This document shows positions 18,002 through 27,302 of a DNA stretch of 64,000 nt, piece after piece (within the stretch, counting starts at the first letter, position 1; the number at the start of each line of letters is the position of its first letter). The DNA lies in contig JAIQFG010000007.1 in NCBI GenBank assembly GCA_020073375.1, positions 30,762-94,761 on the forward strand, read 5' to 3'. The notes under the pieces are model-generated. The model was not told the origin of the DNA. It ran no database searches and was given only the letters and a program-made list of their open reading frames with translations. The translations under genes and the position numbers were made by a program. This DNA is from Terriglobia bacterium. GTDB taxonomy: Bacteria > Acidobacteriota > Terriglobia > Acidiferrales > UBA7541.

Positions 18002-19081
18002 ATGAATTCAATTATGCGTCGCACGTTCTTTTTTGTTTGCGTCAATCTGCTTTTGCCTCTTGCCATCTGTGCTCAAGGATACGGGCATTGGGTGACAACC
18101 ACGAAGTTCGCGCCGCTTCCGGAGCCCTCCGAGGAGTATTGGAGCGCCACCGCGAATGGGAAGTTCTACCTGTTTGGCGGCACCGCTGTGGGAACTGGCA
18201 GCCAACGCACGGGTCTGCCGCGGCGTGTACTCGAATACGATCCCGCCACCGACAAATGGACTTCAAAAAAGCAAATGCCGTATGCCGCGGACCACATGAC
18301 CGTCGCCGAATATCGCGGCAAGATCTACCTGTTTGGCGGGGCCGGCGCCGCGAACCCAGGGGCCGTTGGCCCCGGCAATCTACAACTCAATGACACTTGG
18401 GAATATGACCCTGCCAATGATTCCTGGAAAGAGCTCGCGCCCATGCCAACCCGGCGAAGCGCAGGGGCGGCGGTCGCAGCCGGTGACAAAATCTATGTGC
18501 TCGGCGGAAGCGGGCTGGGGCCGGGGGCGTCCAATCCCCCCACGGCGGAGAACATGCTCGTGTTGGGCACGAACGAAGTCTTCGACCCTGCGACCGGCAA
18601 GTGGGAAACCAGGCGCATCATGCCGACGCCGCGAAATCATCCGGCCATCGGCACGGTGAACGGGAAAATCTATGTGATCGGCGGCCGCATCGGCGGCGCC
18701 AACGTTGCAAATCTCATTTCAAGCCCGACGGACGTGGTGGAAGAGTACGATCCGGCTACCGACCGCTGGCGGGGAATGACCAAAATGCCCACGGCGCGCA
18801 GCGGGCATGGTTGGGCGACGTATCAGAACCGGATCTACGTGGCGGGTGGCGAGATGCGCGATCATCATATGGATGCGATATTTCGCGACGTGGAAGCCTT
18901 TGATCCCGCGACAAACGAATGGTTCCAGCTCCCTTCGATGCCCACTGCGCGTCACGGCGTCAATGCGGCAGTGTTGGGTAACCAACTCCACCTGATTGGC
19001 GGGCACATCGCATTTGACGGGGCAGCCGAACACGACGCCGATACCGGAGTCCATGAAGTATTTGAGTTCAGCGGAAAGTAG
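18002..19081 (+). CDS. Secreted Kelch-repeat beta-propeller protein
   Basis: ORF 17984..19081, with ATG 18002 giving MNSIMRRTFFFVCVNLLLPLAICAQ. It has six repeats of the type GKIYLFGG / DKIYVLGG / GKIYVIGG / NRIYVAGG / NQLHLIGG, each followed by W..L..MP..R. Confidence 0.8.
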   Translation: MNSIMRRTFFFVCVNLLLPLAICAQGYGHWVTTTKFAPLPEPSEEYWSATANGKFYLFGGTAVGTGSQRTGLPRRVLEYDPATDKWTSKKQMPYAADHMTVAEYRGKIYLFGGAGAANPGAVGPGNLQLNDTWEYDPANDSWKELAPMPTRRSAGAAVAAGDKIYVLGGSGLGPGASNPPTAENMLVLGTNEVFDPATGKWETRRIMPTPRNHPAIGTVNGKIYVIGGRIGGANVANLISSPTDVVEEYDPATDRWRGMTKMPTARSGHGWATYQNRIYVAGGEMRDHHMDAIFRDVEAFDPATNEWFQLPSMPTARHGVNAAVLGNQLHLIGGHIAFDGAAEHDADTGVHEVFEFSGK

Positions 19082-19405
19082 ATTGCCCCGGGGGTCGGTC
19101 TCCGCAAGTATTCGATAGATAAGGTTTTCGGCTTACCCGGATTCCCGGAACCTGCGGATTCCTTCCGATACTCGGGACATTGGAATCTAGAGCACGATCC
19201 GATGCAAGTGACTTTCGGCCCACCGTTCCCCGCCTGTCCGCTGGCGTTTGGCCTTGTTTCGCATTTCGAGAAGCTCGTATATCTCTTTATAAATCAATAA
19301 TATAGCTGTAACTAATTGCGAAAGGTACGTCCGTACTGCCAGTCCGTTACCTCCGTGCCATTGGCCCGCCCCTTCCGCCGGCAGAAACTGTTGGGGTCCC
19401 CAACT

Positions 19406-21796
19406 ATGCGTACCGCAGACGAAATCGACGAGCTATTAAAGGCACGAGCTGAGATTGATGAGAAGCTTCGGCGGCACAAGAATGCCTTGACCGTGTTGTT
19501 TACCGACGTGGTGGGGTCGACCGGGTTCTTTGAGCGCAACGGCGATACGGCCGGGCTGGTAATGATCCATCGCCATGATGAACTCGCCGCGCGAGTCATC
19601 AAACAACATGACGGCAAACTGGTTAAGACGATCGGGGATTCCGCCATGGCCGAATTTCCGAATCCGGGGTCGGCTGTGCGCGCCGCCGTGGAAATCGAAC
19701 GCCAGTTTCTAAAGTTGAATTTGACATTGCCGGAGGAGCAGCGCATTGAGGTTCGCATTGGCGTGCATACCGGCGTAGGTTTCCGGAAGGGGAATGACTT
19801 ATTTGGGGATGTGGTCAACGTAACCGCCCGCATCGTGAAGCGCACCGCCCCTGCTCAAATTCTCATCTCCCGCGCGACTTATGAAGCCATATCCGAGGAA
19901 ACCGACCTGCACTGCCGATGGCTGAACCGGCTGACGATCGACGGGCGGACGGAAAAGGAAGACATCTTCGAAGTCGTCTGGACTGACGAACAATCACAAT
20001 ACGACCTGCAGGACAGACGGGCCGGCTCATCCGCAATCCCGGCGCGTTACCAGGCACTATCCCAGATCGGGACCGGCGGGAGCGGCATTGTTTATAAAGC
20101 TCGCGACCTCGAAACCGGCGAAATCGTGGCACTGAAGATTCTTAAGCCCGAGATTGCCTCCGACCCCAGTGTCCAGGAAAATCTCAAGAGAGAGCTGTGC
20201 CTGGCTCGCAAAATTACCCACAAGAATGTTTGCCGGATTCATGAATTCAGCCGGTCGAACGGGATAGCCTACACTTCCATGGAGCTTGTCGAAGGCGAGT
20301 CCCTCTCCTCCCGGTTATATCGCCTCGGACAGTTGCCTCTGAACGAAGCGCTGGAGATTACGCAGCAAATTTGCGCCGGTCTCCGCGAAGCGCATGCGCA
20401 GGGAATTGTGCACCGGGACCTGAAGCCGGCCAATATCATGTTGGACCGGAACGGTATAGTGAAGATCATGGACTTCGGCATCGCCCGCATGGTTCAGCGC
20501 GATGGCCCCATGACGGGCACGATTGTCGGCACACCGGCGTACATGGCGCCCGAGCAGGCTGACGTCAAACCTGTGAGTTCCTGCACCGACATCTATGCGC
20601 TGGGGTTGGTGTTCTACGAAATGATCACAGGGACCGCCGCCTTCGCCGGGGACACCCCCGTCGCTGTCGCCTTGAAGCAGATTCGAGAGTACCCGAAGCG
20701 GCCAAGCGAACTTGTGCAGAAAGTTTCACGCGCCATCGATGCCGTGATCATGAAGTGTCTGCAAAAGGATCCTGCGAAGCGCTTTCAGTCGGTGGACGAA
20801 TTTGAAATAGCCCTGGTGAGGGCCTCGAAGGCCAGACGCATCAGCCCTTGGGAAATCGCCATCAACCGGGGACTCGGGCGATCGGAATTTGAGATTCGCA
20901 ACCGTTTGCGGCAAGGATTTGAAAAGGCGAAAGAGATTTTACGGCGGCAAGATTGGGGTTCTCTGGCGAGTATCCTGAAGGACCCTGCGGCGAGGCTCGG
21001 TATTACGGGACTGGTCGGGGCCTTGACTGTATCTCTGTTTTTCGTGGGATGGAAGCCCCGTACGAGCAATGCGCAGAACGTCCATGTTTTCAGCCAGAAT
21101 TCTCCCTCGTCTTCCGTTGCGGTCGGCAGCGCCAATCCTGATTTCCGATTCCTTGGGGCGCAGAATTCGATGGACCCGATCACATCGCGTGAGGTTGACC
21201 TGAATCAGGATTCCAGGACCGCCAGTGGCGTGACGCCCGTGTCCGATCCCGCATTGCCGAATGACAATCCTGCATTGCAGCCCGCTCCACCGCCGCCAGT
21301 CTCTCCAAAGCCGTCGCGAGTTGCGAAAAGCGTGAAATCGCCAGTTCGCATGGACGAGAAGAAGGGCCATTCGGACGAACAACATTCGGTGCAATTGCAG
21401 GCGCCCGCAACCCCGCCGCAGCCGGAGAGCCCGATTTCAGTGGAGGCCTCCAGATTTGCAGCTCAGGAGCCCGCGGCAGATTCACCACAGCCCCTCGCTA
21501 TTTCCGGCACGGCCAACGAACCCGCAATCGCGGCAAGCCGCCCAAAGGCCGGCGAACAGGCGGCCAAGGCGCCCGAATTGTATGTCGAGGTGGGGGCGTT
21601 TAAGGATGAGACCTGGGCAAATAACGCGGTGGACAAATTAACCCAGCTTGGATTTCACGCCATGGTCATTCACAAAAATCTCTTGTGGTCGCAGTCCTAT
21701 CACGTCCAAGTCGGCCCTTACACAAACCAAAAAGACATCGCGGTCGCGCAGCAAAGTCTCACTGCGCAAGGTTTCAAAGCACACCCCGTAAAGTAA
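19406..21796 (+). CDS. Fusion protein: class III nucleotidyl cyclase domain + Hanks-type Ser/Thr kinase + TM segment + Pro-rich linker + SPOR domain
   Basis: ORF 19316..21796, ATG 19406 (MRTADEIDELL). Cyclase motifs: LFTDVVGSTGFF, KTIGDSAMAEF, RIGVHTG and GDVVNVTARI. Kinase motifs: IGTGGSGIVYKA, VALKIL, HRDLKPANIML, DFGIAR and GTPAYMAPEQ. TM segment GITGLVGALTVSLFFVGW. SPOR-like tail LYVEVGAFKDETWANNAVDKLTQLGFHAMV...YHVQVGPY from ~21570. Confidence 0.85.
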   Translation: MRTADEIDELLKARAEIDEKLRRHKNALTVLFTDVVGSTGFFERNGDTAGLVMIHRHDELAARVIKQHDGKLVKTIGDSAMAEFPNPGSAVRAAVEIERQFLKLNLTLPEEQRIEVRIGVHTGVGFRKGNDLFGDVVNVTARIVKRTAPAQILISRATYEAISEETDLHCRWLNRLTIDGRTEKEDIFEVVWTDEQSQYDLQDRRAGSSAIPARYQALSQIGTGGSGIVYKARDLETGEIVALKILKPEIASDPSVQENLKRELCLARKITHKNVCRIHEFSRSNGIAYTSMELVEGESLSSRLYRLGQLPLNEALEITQQICAGLREAHAQGIVHRDLKPANIMLDRNGIVKIMDFGIARMVQRDGPMTGTIVGTPAYMAPEQADVKPVSSCTDIYALGLVFYEMITGTAAFAGDTPVAVALKQIREYPKRPSELVQKVSRAIDAVIMKCLQKDPAKRFQSVDEFEIALVRASKARRISPWEIAINRGLGRSEFEIRNRLRQGFEKAKEILRRQDWGSLASILKDPAARLGITGLVGALTVSLFFVGWKPRTSNAQNVHVFSQNSPSSSVAVGSANPDFRFLGAQNSMDPITSREVDLNQDSRTASGVTPVSDPALPNDNPALQPAPPPPVSPKPSRVAKSVKSPVRMDEKKGHSDEQHSVQLQAPATPPQPESPISVEASRFAAQEPAADSPQPLAISGTANEPAIAASRPKAGEQAAKAPELYVEVGAFKDETWANNAVDKLTQLGFHAMVIHKNLLWSQSYHVQVGPYTNQKDIAVAQQSLTAQGFKAHPVK

Positions 21797-22054
21797 TCCC
21801 CTGCAACTCGACTCGACGCGAACCGGCCATCTCATGGAAGGGCCTGGGAATCCGAAACCCGCTCCCGGTGCTTGTAGTCGCATTGGCGTGCGGTCGTCAT
21901 CTGGATTTTGTGCGGACCGCGCGCTGCTCCCAATTGGTTGTTTCCTTTCGTGGCAGCCGGCGCGTTGGCCGAAGTCGGACCCCCCTCTCCCTGCGCCCTG
22001 GAATCGGCGACCGCAACCGGACATTCCTCATAAATGCATTGGGGCGATCACATC

Positions 22055-22083
22055 TTGACAGGCAGGCTCGATGCGGCCAACAT
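22055..22083 (+). promoter_or_regulatory. Candidate sigma70-type promoter
   Basis: TTGACA (22055-22060), 17-nt spacer, CAACAT (22078-22083), ~30 nt upstream of ATG 22116. Confidence 0.3.
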
Positions 22084-22115
22084 CCCATCTGCAACGGAAG
22101 CCAGGGGGGACTGCA

Positions 22116-23303
22116 ATGTGGAACCGCCGTCAATTTCTTTCAGCCGCCGCGGCCGCGAGCGCGGCGCTATTCACGCGAGGAGCGAGAACGTTCGCGGCGA
22201 GCTATGATCTGATCATCAGGGGCGGGCGTGTGATCGATCCATCCGTCCGGCTCGATGCGATTCGCGACGTGGCGATTTCGGCGGGCCGCATCGCGGCCGT
22301 CGAAGCCGCGATTCCGGGCGACGCACCTGACACGATCGACGCGCGGGGCAAGCTCGTCGTTCCCGGCCTTCTTGATATTCACACCCATGCCGGACGTTCC
22401 ACCGCCGCCCCGGAACTTGTCCTGAAAGACGGCGTGACCGGGTGGATCGACGCAGGATCGCAAGGCGCCGATCATATCGGCGAGACGATCGCCGTCGCGC
22501 AGTCGTCTCCCCAGCAGGGGCGTGTGCTGATCAACATCGGGCGCGCCGGCATCTTGCCCGAAGGCGACACGATGGATCTGAAGCGCGCCGACGTCGAAGC
22601 GGCGCGCGACGCGATTGCCAAGAATCGGGAATTCATTGCTGGCGTCAAGGCGCGGTTGTCCCGGGATGTCGCGGGCGAAAACGATTACGAAGTGCTTCGG
22701 CGCGCGCAGGAAGTAGCCAGCTCATTCGGCCTGCCGGTGATGATTCATATGGGGCAGACGATTTCGCCGTTTGCCAGGCTGGTCGACCTGTTGAAGCGAG
22801 GCGACATCGTCACCCACATGTTTGCGCCGCCGCCCAACAGCATCATCGACGACACCGGCCACATTTTGCCTGAAGTGCTGGCGGCGCGGCGACGCGGCGT
22901 CTGGTTCGACGTCGGCAACGGGCAAACCGGACACATGCGGTGGGACACCATTGCGGCGATCATGAGAACCGGTTTCTGGCCCGATACCTTCTCCACCGAC
23001 TGGACGGCAAACAGCCATGAGACCGGGGTCATCGACCTTCCGAACTGCATGTCGAAGCTGTTCGGTTACGGCATGACGCTGGATGAAGCGATCGCAAGAG
23101 CCACCGTCAATGCGGCGCGTATTTTCCCGGTGTTCAACGATCGGGGAACTTTGAACGTGGGCGCGCCCGCCGATGTGGCTGTGCTGGAACTGCGCAAGGG
23201 AAATTTCGAATTTCTCGACAACTTTAAGAACAAAATCACCGGCCATCAGCGGCTCTTCCCGAGTGCGACCGTGCTCGCCGGCAAGCGAGTCCCGCGCGTC
23301 TAG
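22116..23303 (+). CDS. Tat-signal amidohydrolase (dihydroorotase/deacetylase-like)
   Basis: ORF 22071..23303. ATG 22116 is preceded by GGGGGGA. Signal MWNRRQFLSAAAAASAALFT. Also LIIRGGRVIDPS...VVPGLLDIHTHAG (H-x-H). Confidence 0.75.
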   Translation: MWNRRQFLSAAAAASAALFTRGARTFAASYDLIIRGGRVIDPSVRLDAIRDVAISAGRIAAVEAAIPGDAPDTIDARGKLVVPGLLDIHTHAGRSTAAPELVLKDGVTGWIDAGSQGADHIGETIAVAQSSPQQGRVLINIGRAGILPEGDTMDLKRADVEAARDAIAKNREFIAGVKARLSRDVAGENDYEVLRRAQEVASSFGLPVMIHMGQTISPFARLVDLLKRGDIVTHMFAPPPNSIIDDTGHILPEVLAARRRGVWFDVGNGQTGHMRWDTIAAIMRTGFWPDTFSTDWTANSHETGVIDLPNCMSKLFGYGMTLDEAIARATVNAARIFPVFNDRGTLNVGAPADVAVLELRKGNFEFLDNFKNKITGHQRLFPSATVLAGKRVPRV

Positions 23304-23397
23304 CGGAAACCATCTCTTGCCATTTGCCTTCTGTATGGAAGGCTCATACGGTCAAATCGCTGATCCAGGTCCGGAAAGGAGGATTCAAATAAACTTC

Positions 23398-24537
23398 ATG
23401 TCGAATCTGGGAAAGAGCCTGATGTCTGGGACTGCCGCGCTATTTATCACGCTATGTTTGAGTGCCGGCCCTATTTCTCCAACCGCCTCGGCACAAGTCG
23501 CGCCGCCGCTGTTCAAAGTCGATCCGTATTGGCCCAAGGAATTGCCCAACAATTGGGTCATGGGCCAGGTCGGCGGAATGAGCGTCGACAGCCAGAATCA
23601 TATTTGGGTTTTGCAGCGCCCTGGAAGCAACACGCCGGATGAGATCAGCGCGGACCCCAGTTCCCCCCGGCATGCCATGTGCTGTTTTCCCGCGCCGCCT
23701 GTCCTCGAATTTGACGCGGAAGGGAACCTCTTAAAATCCTGGGGCGGTCCCGGCACGGGATACGATTGGCCGACTGTGGAACATGGGATTTATGTCGACA
23801 AGGCGGGAAATGTCTGGATAGGCGGCAACGGTCCGACCGATCGCCAGGTATTGAAGTTCACCAATGATGGAAAATTTCTCAAGCAGTTGGGCCATCCATC
23901 CAAAGAACCGGTGAACAGCGCCGATACGACGATCCTTGGGCGTCCCGCCGGGCTGGAAATCGATGAGGCCGCCCGCGAGCTCTACATCTCGGATGGATAC
24001 ATCAACAAGCGCGTGATCGTCTACGATACGGACACCTTGGCATTCAAGCGCATGTGGGGCGCATACGGGAATGCCACGAACGACGCCGATCCCGGACCGT
24101 ACAAGGGCAAAGGAAACGCTCCCGTTGATCCGCAGTTCCGGTCCCCGGTCCATTGTGCTCACATCTCGGTCGACGGACTTGCTTACGTTTGCGATCGCGG
24201 CAATGATCGAGTGCAAGTATTTACCAAGCAGGGAAAATTCTTGAAGGAATTCTTCGTGCATCCGGAAACTCTGGAGCCCGGAACCGTTTGTGACATTGTC
24301 TTTTCGCATGATCCGGGACAGGAATATATCTTAGTGGCAGATGACACGGATAACGTGATCTGGACGCTGCGCCGCAGCGACGGAACTGTCATGGGTATGT
24401 TCGGACACAACGGCCGCAATGCGGGACAGTTTCACGCCATCCATCAACTGGTTTCGGATTCCTTCGGAAATTTGTACGAGGGGGAAGTAGAAACCGGTAA
24501 GCGCGTTCAGAAGTTTGTGCTTATTGAAGGAAAATAG
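23398..24537 (+). CDS. Secreted NHL-repeat propeller (paralog of 45514..46761)
   Basis: ORF 23173..24537, ATG 23398 (MSNLGKSLMSGTAALFITLCL). Shares FKVDPYWPKELPNNWVMGQVGGMSVDSQNHIWVLQRPG, RELYISDGYINKRVIVYD and LAYVCDRGNDRVQVF with the 45514 gene. Confidence 0.8.
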   Translation: MSNLGKSLMSGTAALFITLCLSAGPISPTASAQVAPPLFKVDPYWPKELPNNWVMGQVGGMSVDSQNHIWVLQRPGSNTPDEISADPSSPRHAMCCFPAPPVLEFDAEGNLLKSWGGPGTGYDWPTVEHGIYVDKAGNVWIGGNGPTDRQVLKFTNDGKFLKQLGHPSKEPVNSADTTILGRPAGLEIDEAARELYISDGYINKRVIVYDTDTLAFKRMWGAYGNATNDADPGPYKGKGNAPVDPQFRSPVHCAHISVDGLAYVCDRGNDRVQVFTKQGKFLKEFFVHPETLEPGTVCDIVFSHDPGQEYILVADDTDNVIWTLRRSDGTVMGMFGHNGRNAGQFHAIHQLVSDSFGNLYEGEVETGKRVQKFVLIEGK

Positions 24538-24659
24538 GGTTGAACGGAACCTGGGAATGAACTCAGTAGGCACAGCAATGCACGGGCTGCATTCGCAATC
24601 GGGAAGCGAAGGGTAGAGCACGGTGCGCCACATCGAAACAAAAGGACCGCACGCCACCA

Positions 24660-24725
24660 TAAAATCGGAAGCGGTGATTCTTTGTCTCCGAGATCAGGGA
24701 ATCTTGATGTCGAACTGGAACTGCG
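24660..24725. repeat. Short third copy of the ~185-nt repeat family
   Basis: CGGAAGCGGTGATTCTTTGTCTCCGAGATCAGGGAATCTTGATGTCGAACTGG (24666-24718) matches the 5' part of the units at 29711 and 32913. It lies between convergent stops at 24537 and 24755. Confidence 0.5.
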
Positions 24726-24754
24726 GAAGTTGCCCGTGATTCCTAGAGTTTGAC

Positions 24755-27100
24755 CTAGCCAGAGCTACTACCTTTGGCCTTCAGGGCTTTGAGCAGGCGC
24801 TGCGGAGTGAACGGCACTTCGCGTAGACGCACCCCAACCGCATCGAAGATTGCATTCGCGATAGCGCCAGGGACGGGAACAATAGATGGCTCGCCGGCGC
24901 CAAGGGCCGGATTCTCCGGCCGGTTAATCAGAACGATATCGACTTCCGGGATGTCCTTGAACCGGATGACGGGATAGCTATTCCAATCAAGACTCTTCAC
25001 TCCACCGGCATCGAATTTCACTTCTTCCATCAATGCGCGGCTGGTGCCCTGAATGACGTTCCCTTCGATCTGAAACTTCAGTCCATCCGGGTTGATGATC
25101 AGACCACAGTCGTGCGCGATGGTCATTCGTTTGACGGTGACGCTGCCTGTCGTCCTGTCCACTTCCACTTCAGCGACGGCAGCGATCAAAGTGCCGCCGC
25201 GAATTGCCAGTGCCACGCCTCTGCCCGAGGCCTTTGGGCCCATTGCCGTCTCTGTAGCGGACGATTGTTCTTTCCATCCGGCTTTCTTGGCCGCTGCGAG
25301 CAGGACTTCCGCGGCGCGTGGATTGCCCGTCAGGTGCTGCAACCGGAACTGAACCGCATCCACGCGCAGAGCTGCGGCAATTTCGTCCACAAAAGACTCG
25401 CTCGCGAAAAACCCTGCGGGTTCTCCGGGAGAGCGCAGGGGATTGGTTCGGAGCGGGGTTGGTTCGTCCTGCGGCCAATCCACGTAAGAGCCCACTACTT
25501 TCTGGCTGTCGAAATCGTAGATCTGCTCGATGGCGCCGCCGCCAACCGGGTTTCCCGGGAGCGGTGCCGTGGATTTCTGTCCGATTTGCCTTTCGCCCAA
25601 TTGTGGTGTGCCCTGCGCCTCGGTCCAGGGAAAAGTGCGGCCGACGAAGTCCCACGCGATGATGTGTCCTTGAGCATCCACCGCGGCGCGAGCAGTCATT
25701 AATTGCTGTGGCCCTTTGGGTTCCCAGGCGTGCTCGTCGGCGCGCATCCATTGGACACGTACCGGCTTGCCAACCGCTCGCGACATCAGCACGGCGTCCT
25801 CCGCCGCATCGTCCGACGTAAGGCGTCCGTAGCAGCCGGAACCTTCGACGAAATTCACCTCCACATTTCTTTTGGGGAATCCCAGCATTGACGCAACGCG
25901 GTCGCGCGTGGTGAAAGGGCCTTGTGAGCCCGTCCAGATCGTCACTTTGTCTCGACGAAAATCCGCTACGGCGCAAGAGGGTCCCATCATGCCGTGGTTC
26001 TGGAATGGCCAGTGGTAGGTGGCTTGAAATGTTTTGCTGGCCGCGGAAATTGCCGCGTCCGCGTTCCCTTTGTCAGCGATGACCGTGTCCACAAAACTTT
26101 TTGTGTTGGTCAGATATGCGTCCACCTCACCCGCTCCGGCGGGCATCTTCGCTGTGGGTGCGGACCACGTGACCTTGAGCGCTCGTGATGCCTGGATGGC
26201 GGCCCATTCGGTTTCAGCGACCACTCCCACGAAGCTTCCTTCCTGCACGACTTTCACGATGCCGGGAATGCCAGTAATAAAGGATTCGTCCACGCTCACG
26301 GGTTTCGAAAGCACAGTCGCGGGACGCACGACGCGCCCATGCAGCATGCCGGGCAGGCGGAAATCGGGCGTATATTGGAATTCTGCGGTCAGCTTTTGCA
26401 GCAGGTCCACGCGAGGTTCCGACTGGCCAACGACTTTGTACTGCTTGTAATTCTTGACGCGGGATTCGGGCGCGACGTCTAACCCCGCTTGAATTCCCTT
26501 TGCCGTGACCTTCAAGTTGAAGCGTTTCCCTCCAAGCAGCTCCCCGTAGGAAACTTTCCTCGCCGGGCTCCCATCCACGCTGACAACGCCTTCGGCGACC
26601 ACGAGTTGTTCGGCAGGCGCTTCCAGGCGCGCCGCCGCGAGCTTCAACAATTCCGCGCGTCCCGCCGCGGCCGCGTGCCGCAGTTGCGGACCGGCGCGCA
26701 TGATGGTGTTGCTTCCCGCCGTGCGCCCTTGATCCACTGTTTTCGCTGTGTCGCCCATCGCCATGCGGATCTGGTCAAACCTCACATCAAGCTCGTCCGC
26801 AGCAATCTGCGCCAGCGCGGTCTCGACGCCGGTGCCGAGATCCACCTTGCCGGTGAAAACCGTGACGCTGCCGTCCTGCATCACCGCCAGCCAGGAATCG
26901 AGCGAAGTTGGGTCGAGATAATCCGGATTGTTGTAAGGATTCGAGCCCGGGGGCGTGGGCAGACTTACAACTTGTTGCGCAAGCGCACGGACGGGCGGCC
27001 CGAACAAGCTGAAGCTTACGACAAGCGCGCCTGAGTTTTTCAGAAGCTCTCTACGGGAGATCGCGTGCGTCCTCATTTTCGCTCTCCTGGAAATGTTCAT
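24755..27100 (-). CDS. Molybdopterin-binding subunit of the xanthine dehydrogenase/aldehyde oxidase family (IorB-like), Tat signal
   Basis: ISRRELLKNSGALVVSFSL twin-arginine signal. Size ~780 aa. Motifs GTGVETALAQIAADEL, GGCYGR-type SGCYGRL and GAGEPSIVPVPGAIANAIFDA are typical of Mo-pterin large subunits. Confidence 0.85.
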   Translation of the reverse strand: MNISRRAKMRTHAISRRELLKNSGALVVSFSLFGPPVRALAQQVVSLPTPPGSNPYNNPDYLDPTSLDSWLAVMQDGSVTVFTGKVDLGTGVETALAQIAADELDVRFDQIRMAMGDTAKTVDQGRTAGSNTIMRAGPQLRHAAAAGRAELLKLAAARLEAPAEQLVVAEGVVSVDGSPARKVSYGELLGGKRFNLKVTAKGIQAGLDVAPESRVKNYKQYKVVGQSEPRVDLLQKLTAEFQYTPDFRLPGMLHGRVVRPATVLSKPVSVDESFITGIPGIVKVVQEGSFVGVVAETEWAAIQASRALKVTWSAPTAKMPAGAGEVDAYLTNTKSFVDTVIADKGNADAAISAASKTFQATYHWPFQNHGMMGPSCAVADFRRDKVTIWTGSQGPFTTRDRVASMLGFPKRNVEVNFVEGSGCYGRLTSDDAAEDAVLMSRAVGKPVRVQWMRADEHAWEPKGPQQLMTARAAVDAQGHIIAWDFVGRTFPWTEAQGTPQLGERQIGQKSTAPLPGNPVGGGAIEQIYDFDSQKVVGSYVDWPQDEPTPLRTNPLRSPGEPAGFFASESFVDEIAAALRVDAVQFRLQHLTGNPRAAEVLLAAAKKAGWKEQSSATETAMGPKASGRGVALAIRGGTLIAAVAEVEVDRTTGSVTVKRMTIAHDCGLIINPDGLKFQIEGNVIQGTSRALMEEVKFDAGGVKSLDWNSYPVIRFKDIPEVDIVLINRPENPALGAGEPSIVPVPGAIANAIFDAVGVRLREVPFTPQRLLKALKAKGSSSG

Positions 27101-27302
27101 GCGTTCGCGGTCGATTTCGCGGCCCTGGCCGCTTATTTTCGTGATGCAACCACAATGCCACCCCGCTGCAGGTACGGTGCCTTCTGTCTGCTTCCAGACC
27201 GCCGGCGGGGATCGATCATGGCCCGCAGATTGTCAAAGCCGTCGGCGGTGATAAATCACGCGGTCACCAATTCCCATAGCGCGGTTTCCGCCCCAACCTT
27301 AG

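Noticed and set aside
25170-25976. 268-aa alternative-frame ORF within the IorB-like gene
   Set aside because: It is on the same strand but out of frame with a gene that has strong family motifs. It is extremely Arg/Gly-rich.
27101-27302. Possible remnant of a [2Fe-2S] small-subunit gene upstream of the IorB-like gene
   Set aside because: I translated all three minus-strand frames by eye. I saw no Cys-rich ferredoxin-like motifs, only short stop-interrupted peptides.
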